DNA of 16,597 nucleotides from a bacterium (GCA_040756235.1 JBFLZG010000153.1:9628-26224), one strand, 5' to 3'; positions 8,168-16,585 are shown, numbered from the stretch's first letter. Made by a program: numbers and translations. Notes: generated by a model not told the origin, from the letters alone.

Positions 8168-10123
8168 TCATTCCTGGGGTTGCATGGTCTGCCAGTTGCC
8201 GCCGAGCTCGACGTTGGGGTTGAAGCTCGCCTGGTCGGTGACGACGATGTCGCCGTTGCCGCTGACCCAGGCATGGCGATAGCCGGAGGGCAGTTCCACG
8301 GGGCGCTGCTCTACGGGATTGTAATAGGTGTCCACCCCACGGATGGTCTCGCTCCATTTGCGGGAGATCCGGTCCTCGGATTCCTGCCGGCGCTCCCAGG
8401 ACGCCTGCATCATGTCGCTGATCTCGCGGTTGGACTCGCTGATGATCCGGCTGATCTGCCCGGCGGTGCGGATCTTCTGCATCTGCATCTTTTGCAGCGC
8501 CTGGCAGACCTGCTGGTACTGGTTGAACCATTGCGGGTTCGCACGGACCGAGGTGACCATGGTCTGCATCATGCGGGTGCTTTCGTCCAGACGCCCGCTC
8601 GCGGCACGCATGCCGTGGACGCGTTCGCCGGACTGGATGTACATGTTGTTGGCGCCCGGCAGGAGGACCGTTTGCAGCACACAGTACAGGTCTTCCTCGA
8701 CCGCCTGCCCATCCACGGTGTACGCGAGCCGGATCTTTCCGGCATGCGACTTGAGCTGCACTCCCGGCGTCTGCTCGGTCTGCTGGCTGACCGCCTTGGC
8801 CCACTCCGGCAATTCCTGTTCGCCGATCTGCCTGGCCCGGACGTTGCCGCGGTAACGGGGGACGATGATTTCCTTGAGGTACTGCATGGCGGTCTCGACC
8901 GGCGGACGCACTTCGTTGCCCATGTAGTTGGCGCCCGCCGGAAATCCCAGCTCGGGCTTGAGCAGGCCGCCCCAACTGAACCCGAGCGTCGGGAAGCTCT
9001 CGAGTTGTTCCAGTCCCTGCGGATTGAACACACGCAGATGAACCGTGGCCGGCATCGCGGGATGATCGCGCCAGAGCATGCCGCCTTCCGTTTGCCAGCC
9101 CGCAGGGCACAGGAACGAAAACGCTTCGCCGCCGATCCCGTTCGGCTGGTCCTGGACGCTGACTTTGTGATAGCGGACCACCTGGCCGGCAGCCGCTGAC
9201 GGGACGACGGGCGCGGCCGCGGGCGCCGCCGCCCGGCCGGCCGGCGGCGCGACCGGAGCGGTGGCGGGTTGCGCCTGACCGGCAGTCCGTTCGCGCACGG
9301 CCAACTGGATCCGCGAGCTGCCCCGGCCGTCGACCTGGACGGTCATCGGCTGCCCGGCGTAATCGGTCATCTGCTGGGCCCCGCGCATGGTGAAGGTGCC
9401 GGTGCTGTCGGATCGCACGATGAGCCCCGTGTCCAGGGACACATGGCTGGTCATGGTCATGTCGGTCTGCATTTCCATGGCATCCTGGCGCTTCTGGAGC
9501 TTGATGGTGGTGCGGATTTCCGCCACCTGCGCGCCGCCGGTCCGTTTGACCGAGACGAGCTGACAGACGGCCTCGGCCGGGTCCTGCGGGCCGAGCTGAT
9601 TTGCGCTGCGCAAAGATGCGAGGTCCGGACTCCATTGGTCACCAATGGCGACCGGTCCGGACGGATAGGCGTCTGCGGTCGGGAAGTAGCCGGCCAGCTC
9701 CGCAGCCGCCGCGGGGTCGGGCTCGCCCTGCGCATCGTGCTGCACCTGGCCCCGGGCGTCGCGCGTGAGGGTCACCTGCTGCCCGGCGAACGCGAACGGA
9801 ACGGCTTGTTGCTGGCCGCCCCCTTCCATCGTGCCCCCGCAAGACGGCTCGAACTGGATGCGGATCGAGGTGGGCAGTCCGCCCCGCGCCGCCAGCACGG
9901 TGACCGTGCCTTTGCGGGTCTGGCGGAGACGTTGCTGCATCGGCTGGCCCGCCGGCTGGCCCGGAGCGGTCATGGTGGCAGTCTGTTGCATCTCACCGGT
10001 CTGCTCGAAGCTCCAGGATTGATTTTCGCGAAATCCGGGTTTGAGATCGTACGTATCGGCTGCCCGAACGCCGGAGTGGGTCAGCAGGACGCCCAAAACG
10101 ACCGCCACGAGCGTGCGTTTCAT
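8168..10123 (-). CDS. Secreted two-domain hypothetical protein (651 aa)
   Basis: ATG 10123 follows GGAAAGGA. Sec-type signal peptide MKRTLVAVVLGVLLTHSGVRA, strong GC3 codon bias, and an Ala/Pro linker between two globular-looking regions. Confidence 0.88.
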   Translation of the reverse strand: MKRTLVAVVLGVLLTHSGVRAADTYDLKPGFRENQSWSFEQTGEMQQTATMTAPGQPAGQPMQQRLRQTRKGTVTVLAARGGLPTSIRIQFEPSCGGTMEGGGQQQAVPFAFAGQQVTLTRDARGQVQHDAQGEPDPAAAAELAGYFPTADAYPSGPVAIGDQWSPDLASLRSANQLGPQDPAEAVCQLVSVKRTGGAQVAEIRTTIKLQKRQDAMEMQTDMTMTSHVSLDTGLIVRSDSTGTFTMRGAQQMTDYAGQPMTVQVDGRGSSRIQLAVRERTAGQAQPATAPVAPPAGRAAAPAAAPVVPSAAAGQVVRYHKVSVQDQPNGIGGEAFSFLCPAGWQTEGGMLWRDHPAMPATVHLRVFNPQGLEQLESFPTLGFSWGGLLKPELGFPAGANYMGNEVRPPVETAMQYLKEIIVPRYRGNVRARQIGEQELPEWAKAVSQQTEQTPGVQLKSHAGKIRLAYTVDGQAVEEDLYCVLQTVLLPGANNMYIQSGERVHGMRAASGRLDESTRMMQTMVTSVRANPQWFNQYQQVCQALQKMQMQKIRTAGQISRIISESNREISDMMQASWERRQESEDRISRKWSETIRGVDTYYNPVEQRPVELPSGYRHAWVSGNGDIVVTDQASFNPNVELGGNWQTMQPQE

Positions 10124-10188
10124 GGTCCACCGTCCTTTCCGCCAACCGGGAACGCGTGCAGACCGTTCCGGTGAAGAAATGTGAGGCA

Positions 10189-10241
10189 AGTATAGGATAG
10201 AAAGAAAACCTTTGACAGCCGACACAGGAGATTTCTAGACT
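10189..10241. promoter_or_regulatory. Divergent promoter region: plus-strand TTGACA-18 nt-TAGACT and minus-strand -10 TATACT
   Basis: TTGACA 10212-10217 and TAGACT 10236-10241 on the plus strand. TATACT at 10194-10189 on the minus strand lies upstream of the secreted-protein gene. The patch is AT-rich. Confidence 0.55.
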
Positions 10242-10377
10242 CGGAGCGGTTCCGGGCGGCAGGCCGGCAGGAGCGGGTCCGAAGGACTTCGCAGTGCTTT
10301 CACAGATACGGCGAGATCCAGCTCGAAACCGTCATTCGGGAGGACCGGGGAGCGGACAGCCGCGATTCCCTCAGCTC

Positions 10378-10405
10378 CGTCTCCCCGGCACAGGCCGGGG
10401 TCCAG
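10378..10405 (+). repeat. Single CGTC-type REP arm
   Basis: CGTCTCCCCGGCACAGGCCGGGGTCCAG. Its reverse complement aligns with CTGGACCCCGGCCTTCGCCGGGGTGACG at 16249-16276. Confidence 0.7.
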
Positions 10406-10409
10406 TCGC

Positions 10410-10508
10410 AACCTCTCCCCCGTGCACGGGGAGAGGTTCAGGGCGAGGGGGAACTGGCGCAACTGCACCCCTCATCCCAACCTTCTCCCCTCGGCGAGGG
10501 GAGAAGGT
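10410..10508. repeat. Inverted pair of BoxC-like purine/pyrimidine-skewed palindromes
   Basis: AACCTCTCCCC-N7-GGGGAGAGGTT plus tail CAGGGCGAGGGG, then the inverted copy CCCCTCATCCCA plus ACCTTCTCCCCTC-GGC-GAGGGGAGAAGGT (perfect 13-bp stem). Confidence 0.68.
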
Positions 10509-10623
10509 AGAAGACAGAAACCTTCTCCAAAATGGGCGCATTGCATATTCCGATCGGTAATCCATGGGTAGCGGGCAGCGCTAGCGAGCCCACGCGAGCC
10601 CGGCCGGAGCGGAGCGGGTCCGC

Positions 10624-13600
10624 TCACCATGCATCGATGCAGGGTCGCTTCTTGCCGTCGCGGGGAGCCGGCGGCGGCAGCGAGCGCAGGCCGCGCACGA
10701 TCCACTTGCGCGTATCCATGGGGTCGATCACGTCGTCGATCTCCTGGACGGACGCCATGTTGATCGCCTTGCCGTGCTCGTAGGCCATGGCCACCATGGA
10801 CTCGAACAGGGCCTGGCGTTCCCCGTGGTCACGGACCGCCTCGAGCTCCTTGCGAAAGCCCAGGCGCACGGCCCCCTCCAGCCCCATGCCCCCGAATTCG
10901 CCCGTCGGCCAGGACACGATGAAGAGCGGGCTGTGGAAGCTGCCGCCGACCATGGCCTGCGCCCCCAGCCCGTACCCCTTGCGCAGCACGACCGCGAACC
11001 AGGGGACGGTCGCGCCGGCGCCGGTCACGAACATGCGGCAGAAATGCCGGACCTGGGCCGATCTCTCCGCCTCCGGCCCGACCATGAACCCGGGCGTGTC
11101 GCACAGGGTGACCACCGGAAGGTCGAAAGCGTCGCAGAGCTGCAGGAAGCGCGCCGCCTTGTCCGCGCTGTCCGCGTCTATGGCCCCGCCGAGATGCATG
11201 GGGTTGTTCGCCATCAACCCCAGAGGCCTGCCTTCGATGCGCACCAGCGCCGTGACGATCCCGATGCCGAACTCCCGTCGCAGCTCCAGGACGCTTCTCC
11301 GGTCGGCCAGGGTCTCGACCACCGTGCGGACGTTGTACACCCGGAGGCGGTTCTCCGGAATGCAGCGCCTGAGCAGGCGCTGATCGGCGCACTCCCAGGT
11401 CGAGACCGGCCCCTGGAAAAAGGACAGGTATTTCTTGGCCGCCCGCACCGCCTCGGCCTCGTCCTCGACGACGATATCCACCACGCCGTTCGGCGACTGG
11501 GTGTCTATGGGCCCGATATCCTCGGGCTTGCACGCGCCGAGCCCGCCGCCCTCGATCATCGCCGGGCCGCCCATGCCGATGTTGGAGTTGCTCGTGGCGA
11601 TGATCACGTCGCTGCAGCCGAGCAGCGCCGCGTTGCCGGCGTAGCAGCGGCCGGACACGATGCCGACGAGCGGCACGAGGCCGCTGAGCCTGGCGAACTG
11701 GCGGAAGGTCATGACGTCGAGCCCGGCAACGGACGCCTCGAAGACGTCCACGTCCCCGGGACGCCCGCCGCCGCCCTCGGCGAACAGCACGACCGGCAGC
11801 CGCCACTGCTCCGCCAGCCCGAGCATCCGGTCTTTCTTCTTGTGGTTCATCATGCCCTGGGTCCCGGCCAGCACGGTGTAGTCGTACGCCATGATGATGC
11901 AGCGCGAGCGGGACTCGCCGAACAGATCCCCGTTGACCGAGCCGATTCCGGCAACCAGGCCGTCGGCCGGCGTCGAGCGGGTCAGGTCTTCCATCGAACG
12001 GCGGCGGCGCTGGGCCGCAACCGCCAGCGAACCGTACTCCATGAAGCTGCCCGGATCGACCAGGTCGGCCACGTTCTCGCGCGCGGTCCGCTGGCCGGTC
12101 TTGCGGCGCCGCGCCACGGCTTCCGGGCGAGCCTCGTCGAGGCCGAGCGCATGGCGCGCGACCACCTCGGAGAGGTCGGGCCGGATCTCTTCCAGGTCCG
12201 CCGCTTTTTCCTGCACGGCCTGGGGCGCAGCGACGTCCCTCGGCTCGATGAACATGAGCGGCTGTCCTGCCGACACCGTATCGTCCTCTGCGACACACAC
12301 GAGCCGCACGATGCCGGTCACCCCGGCCTTCGCGGAATGATGCATTTTCATCGATTCCAGGACAGCGACCGTCTGCCATCCGTGCACCAGGTCGCCTTCG
12401 GCGACATGGAGGCTGACCACCGTGCCGCGCATGGCGGCCCGCAACGAGGTCGTATTCTCCGGCCCTGGCTCGTGGTTGCCGCCCGTATCTCCCGTGTCCG
12501 CTGCGCTCGCGCCCGAGACATCCGATTCGATGAAATGCAATTGCCCGTGGACCGCTCGGCTCGCGTCCGCAAGAGACGCGATGTTGTCCTCGACAAAACG
12601 CGTGGTCACACGGTTGGCGGCGACATCGGGATGCTTCAGGAGATTCTGCAGGAAAGGGATATTGGTCCTCACCCCTTCGATGCGGAGCTCGCACAGCGCG
12701 CGATAGGCCTTGGCGAGGACTTCGGCATAGCTCGACGAGCGCGAACGGCAGACGAGCTTGGCCAGCAGCGAGTCGAACTCGGGATTGGTCGCATAGCCTC
12801 GATAGACGAACGTGTCCAGTCGTACGCCGAGGCCCGAAGGCACCTCGAATGCGCTCAAGACCCCAGCGGACGGCCGGACTTCCCCATTTGCATCCATCTC
12901 TTCCATGTTTACGCGCAACTGTACGGCGTAGCCCGAGGGCGGCTCGATGTCCGCCTGCCTCAGGCTCAGCTCTGCCAGCGAGCGGCCGGCGGCCACCTCG
13001 AGTTGCGCCCGCACGAGATCGACGCCCGTCACCTCCTCGGTCACGGTGTGCTCGACCTGCAGACGCGGATTGGCCTCGATGAAGAAAAAGGCGGAGCCCG
13101 CGTCATCGGCGTCCTCCGCGTCCGCATCGACGAGGAACTCGAAGGTCCCGAGACTCCGGTAGCCCGTCTCTCTGGCCATCCGCACCGCCGCATCGGCCAG
13201 CCGCTGGCGCAAGGCTTCCGACAGGGCCGGGCTCGGCGCAACCTCGATCAGTTTCTGGTTGCGCCGCTGAAGGCTGCATTCCCGCTCCCACAGATGGCTG
13301 ACCTCGCCCGCAGCGTCGCCGATCACCTGAACTTCGATGTGTCGAGCCCGCCGCACGAGACGCTCCACGTAGAGGGCATCATCTCCGAATGCAGCGCGCG
13401 CCTCGGATCGGCAGAGATCAAAGGCCTCGTCGAGCTCGGAGAGCGCATGGACCGGCCGCATGCCCCGGCCGCCGCCGCCCGCCACGGCCTTGATCATGAT
13501 GGCCCCTCCTTGGCCGAGCGAGCCGAGGAATTTGCGGGCCTCATCCGGGCTGCACGAGCCCGGCGTGCCCGGCAGGATCGGCACGCCGCAACGGCGGGCA

Positions 13601-13962
13601 AGCTCGCGCGCCTTGACTTTGTCACCGAGCAACTCGAGCGTCTGCGCGGCGGGTCCGACGAATGCGATCCCCTCCTCCCCGCACTGCCGGGCTAAGCGTG
13701 CGTTCTCGCTCAGGAAGCCATAGCCGGGATGGATGGCGTCACAGCCGTGCCGCCTGGCGGCTGCCAGGATCTGCGCGATATCGAGATAGGCTTCTGCGCC
13801 CTTGCCCGGCAGGCAGCAGGCTTCGTCCGCCCGGCGCGTGTGGAGCGAACGGGCGTCATCCTGGGAGAATACGGCAACCGTGGACATGCCCATCTCGGCT
13901 GCGGCGCGCAGGATGCGCACCGCGACTTCAGCTCGGTTGGCAACCAGGATCTTCATGGCCAT
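10624..13962 (-). CDS. Single-chain biotin-dependent acyl-CoA carboxylase (BC-BCCP-CT, long-chain acyl-CoA carboxylase type)
   Basis: BC domain: KILVANRAEVAVR, IHPGYGFLSEN, IKAVAGGGGRGM, ERECSLQRRNQK, EANPRLQVEH. BCCP: ESMKM (12343-12357). CT domain: YDYTVLAGTQG, EGGGGRPGD, GMGGPAMIEGGG, DTPGFMVG. Start is 13962 or 13956. Confidence 0.93.
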   Translation of the reverse strand: MAMKILVANRAEVAVRILRAAAEMGMSTVAVFSQDDARSLHTRRADEACCLPGKGAEAYLDIAQILAAARRHGCDAIHPGYGFLSENARLARQCGEEGIAFVGPAAQTLELLGDKVKARELARRCGVPILPGTPGSCSPDEARKFLGSLGQGGAIMIKAVAGGGGRGMRPVHALSELDEAFDLCRSEARAAFGDDALYVERLVRRARHIEVQVIGDAAGEVSHLWERECSLQRRNQKLIEVAPSPALSEALRQRLADAAVRMARETGYRSLGTFEFLVDADAEDADDAGSAFFFIEANPRLQVEHTVTEEVTGVDLVRAQLEVAAGRSLAELSLRQADIEPPSGYAVQLRVNMEEMDANGEVRPSAGVLSAFEVPSGLGVRLDTFVYRGYATNPEFDSLLAKLVCRSRSSSYAEVLAKAYRALCELRIEGVRTNIPFLQNLLKHPDVAANRVTTRFVEDNIASLADASRAVHGQLHFIESDVSGASAADTGDTGGNHEPGPENTTSLRAAMRGTVVSLHVAEGDLVHGWQTVAVLESMKMHHSAKAGVTGIVRLVCVAEDDTVSAGQPLMFIEPRDVAAPQAVQEKAADLEEIRPDLSEVVARHALGLDEARPEAVARRRKTGQRTARENVADLVDPGSFMEYGSLAVAAQRRRRSMEDLTRSTPADGLVAGIGSVNGDLFGESRSRCIIMAYDYTVLAGTQGMMNHKKKDRMLGLAEQWRLPVVLFAEGGGGRPGDVDVFEASVAGLDVMTFRQFARLSGLVPLVGIVSGRCYAGNAALLGCSDVIIATSNSNIGMGGPAMIEGGGLGACKPEDIGPIDTQSPNGVVDIVVEDEAEAVRAAKKYLSFFQGPVSTWECADQRLLRRCIPENRLRVYNVRTVVETLADRRSVLELRREFGIGIVTALVRIEGRPLGLMANNPMHLGGAIDADSADKAARFLQLCDAFDLPVVTLCDTPGFMVGPEAERSAQVRHFCRMFVTGAGATVPWFAVVLRKGYGLGAQAMVGGSFHSPLFIVSWPTGEFGGMGLEGAVRLGFRKELEAVRDHGERQALFESMVAMAYEHGKAINMASVQEIDDVIDPMDTRKWIVRGLRSLPPPAPRDGKKRPCIDAW

Positions 13963-14049
13963 GCTTCCCTCGTACGGCTTTTCACAAATGACGTATTCCA
14001 GGGACCGCTCTCTCCGGTAGCGACGTGGCGGCCGGGACCAACCATCGAA

Positions 14050-14157
14050 CATTGCGAGGCCCGGAGGGCCGCGGCAACCTCCCGGTTACAGGTGGGTCGC
14101 CACGCTCGCTATTCCGTTCGGATCCGCAATTCGAGTGTGCAAAGGCTCGCTCGCGAG
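14050..14157 (+). repeat. Degenerate CGTC-class REP doublet (CATTGCGAGG...GCAACCTC type)
   Basis: CATTGCGAGGCCCGGAGGGCCGCGGCAACCTC followed by GGGTCGCCACGCTCGCT...GCTCGCTCGCGA. The last 12-mer also occurs at 7685-7696. Confidence 0.4.
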
Positions 14158-14405
14158 ATTCGGCCTTGCTTCGCGCCAGTTGCCGGGCCCGCTCACGGCT
14201 TGGTCGGCGAGCACAGAATACGTCGGCGTGCTTGCCGATCCGTGCACCTACCGTAGAAGACCTCTCCGCCGCCCCCTCCGCCGGGGAGGCCTCACTTTGC
14301 CCAGGGGAAGCGTATGGAGTCAAATTGCGTCGGCGGGGTTGCGAGACTTGCGGGGGAGATGACCGGAGAAAGCGGACCTGGCGCAGTTGCAGGGAGAAAC
14401 GAGAT

Positions 14406-14434
14406 CAGGGAACGTATGCCGCAACGCATCCCTG
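14406..14434 (-). terminator. Hairpin right after the acyl-CoA synthetase stop codon
   Basis: CAGGGA...TCCCTG stem with inner CGT/ACG pairing, but only a weak U-tract. Confidence 0.3.
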
Positions 14435-14436
14435 CC

Positions 14437-16044
14437 TCACTTGCCTTTAACGTCCTTGTAGAGATCCTGATAGATCTTCCTCAACTCCCTCTTGAGGATC
14501 TTGCCGGTGGGGCTCACCGGCAGCTCAGAACCCTGAATCAGGATGAATCTCTTGGGCACCTTGTGCTTCGCCATATGGTTTCGGGCGTATTCCATGAGCG
14601 TGTGTTCCGTGAGCCGGTCCGATGCCGGCACGATGACGGCGGTGACGCCCTCGATCCAGTACGGATGAGGCACACCGAACACCGCGCTCACCAGCACGTC
14701 CGGGTGGGCATTGAGGACCTCTTCCACTTCGAGGCAAGAGACATTCTCGCCGCCGGACTTGATCATGTCCTTGACCCGGTCGACAAAATAATAGAATCCA
14801 TCCTCGCCCAGCTGTCCGACGTCACCCGTATGGAGCCAGCCGTTGCGGAGCGTGGCGGCGGTCCGTTCCTCGTCCTTGTAATAGCCGAGCATGGCCGACG
14901 GAGTGCGGACCACGATCTCGCCGACAGCCCCCGGCGGGAGCTCACGATCCTGTTCATCTACAATCATGATTTCGGCATCCGGCATGGGACGCCCGATGAT
15001 GTTGCCCGCACCGGGGAGTTCCTTGTGTGCGAAGTACGTGATCGTCCCGGTAACATTGATCTCCGTCTGGCTCCAGTGCGCGCCGAAGGTCGCCTGGGGA
15101 CAGAGATCCATCCATTTCTGCAGCACCTCGAGCGGCATCGATCCCCCGAACCAGACGCACCTCCTGAGAGAGCTCAGGTCGTATCTTTCGAGAGGCATAT
15201 GGAGCAGGCCGGCGTACAAGGTGGGCGGCCAGATCAGGCCGGTGATCTTCTCCTTCTGGATCAGGTTCAGGGCTTCAGCCGGATCGACCCCGTAGGTGAA
15301 AGCTACCCGCCCGCCGGCCTTGGCAACGGCCACAAAAATGGACGAGGCCCCCACGTGGAAAAGGGGAATATTCAGCATCATGACGTCGCTTTCCAGGATA
15401 CCCGGCCCCGACGAAGCAAGAAAATTGCCGGCCTGGGAAAAGTAACTGCTGTTGGGAAGGAGCGCTCCCTTGGGCGCCGCTGTGGTACCGCTGGTGTAGA
15501 TGATGGATGCGACATCGTCTCCGTCGATGATGACCTCCGGCTCGGTGTCCGGATACCGCTCCGAAAGAAGATCGTCGGCGTCGATCCATCCGTCCGGCAT
15601 ATCGACGCCGGCCAGGTTGATCAGCCCGTATTGCCCGATCGATTTCAGCTCGCCGGATATCGCCTTCACGGTATCGAGGAACGCGCTTTCCACCAAGAAG
15701 ATCTTGGCTTCGCAATGGTTCACCTGGTACACGACCTCCGGGCCTTTCAGGAGGAAGTTGACCGGCGCGTACCAGATCCCCGATTTGAAGCAGGCCCACA
15801 TCAGAATGGCCATCTGATGGCAGTTCTGTGAGAGGATGGCCATCACGTCGCCCTTGCGGAAACCCAGCTCGCGGAGCGCATGAGAGGCACGATTGGCGGC
15901 GGCATTCAGCTGCTCGTAGGTAAACACCTGGTCCCGAAACGTGAACGCCACGCGGTGCGGAAATCTCCTCGCGGAGCGTTTCAGGAAGTCCCCCACGGCC
16001 TGACGGCGCAGGTGGTTCTGCTGCAGTTCTTCACGGTCACCCAT
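14437..16044 (-). CDS. AMP-forming (fatty) acyl-CoA synthetase
   Basis: IIYTSGTTAAPKG (AMP-binding P-loop), PLFHVG, GWLHTGDVG, VDRVKDMIKSGGENV, HKVPK, LPVSPTGKILK. Start moved to ATG 16044. Confidence 0.94.
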   Translation of the reverse strand: MGDREELQQNHLRRQAVGDFLKRSARRFPHRVAFTFRDQVFTYEQLNAAANRASHALRELGFRKGDVMAILSQNCHQMAILMWACFKSGIWYAPVNFLLKGPEVVYQVNHCEAKIFLVESAFLDTVKAISGELKSIGQYGLINLAGVDMPDGWIDADDLLSERYPDTEPEVIIDGDDVASIIYTSGTTAAPKGALLPNSSYFSQAGNFLASSGPGILESDVMMLNIPLFHVGASSIFVAVAKAGGRVAFTYGVDPAEALNLIQKEKITGLIWPPTLYAGLLHMPLERYDLSSLRRCVWFGGSMPLEVLQKWMDLCPQATFGAHWSQTEINVTGTITYFAHKELPGAGNIIGRPMPDAEIMIVDEQDRELPPGAVGEIVVRTPSAMLGYYKDEERTAATLRNGWLHTGDVGQLGEDGFYYFVDRVKDMIKSGGENVSCLEVEEVLNAHPDVLVSAVFGVPHPYWIEGVTAVIVPASDRLTEHTLMEYARNHMAKHKVPKRFILIQGSELPVSPTGKILKRELRKIYQDLYKDVKGK

Positions 16045-16156
16045 GGCAATCCTGCCTTTCGGCCCGAACGTTTCGCCGGACAGCCGGTCAGACCCATTCG
16101 CGATGTCGAGGTGATCGTAAGACAAACTGAAAGTGGGTGTCCAGAAAATTAGCGTT

Positions 16157-16506
16157 TTTCGTCATGCCGGCCCACCTGCGGAGCGCGTGGAAGCCGGGAT
16201 CCGGAAGCGTGCATCGAGCGCAGCGGCAGACATCATGAGGAGCAGGGACTGGACCCCGGCCTTCGCCGGGGTGACGGAAGGACAACCGTCATCCCGACCG
16301 GCGGTTCCACCCGCCTCTTGTAGGGGCGCTGCTTGCTGCTCCCGCCTCGGGGTTCAGCGGCCCCGTCTTGTAGGGGGCGACGCATGCGCCGCCCTCTCCG
16401 CAGGGTCACACCGCGAACCATCTGCAATGACGTGGAGCAGGGACTGGACCGCCGCTTTCGTCATGCCGGCCCACCTGCGGAGCGCGTGGAAGCCGGGATC
16501 CGGAAG
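16157..16506 (+). repeat. CGTC-type REP doublet plus an exact 51-bp duplicate of its left arm
   Basis: TTTCGTCATGCCGGCCCACCTGCGGAGCGCGTGGAAGCCGGGATCCGGAAG occurs at 16157-16207 and 16456-16506. GGAGCAGGGACTGGACC occurs at 16239-16255 and 16434-16450. Confidence 0.88.
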
Positions 16507-16585
16507 TCTGGCTCAAGACCTGCCCGAGCGCCCGTCCCGCGGGCCAGCGTACCCCCTCTTGTAGGGGCGACGCATGCGTCGCCCT
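16320..16585 (+). repeat. Three GTAG-type REPs
   Basis: GTAGGGGCGCTGCTTGCTGCTCCC (16320), GTAGGGGGCGACGCATGCGCCGCCCT (16370) and GTAGGGGCGACGCATGCGTCGCCCT (16561). Each is preceded by TCTT. Confidence 0.82.

Noticed and set aside
10305..10335. GAG-loop-CTCGAAAC..GTC resembling a hammerhead ribozyme core
   Set aside because: The required CUGANGA is absent; the equivalent position reads ACGGCGA.
14385..14400. TGGCGC...TTGC as a sigma54 promoter
   Set aside because: The GG-to-GC spacing is not the required 10 nt, and it faces away from the nearby genes.
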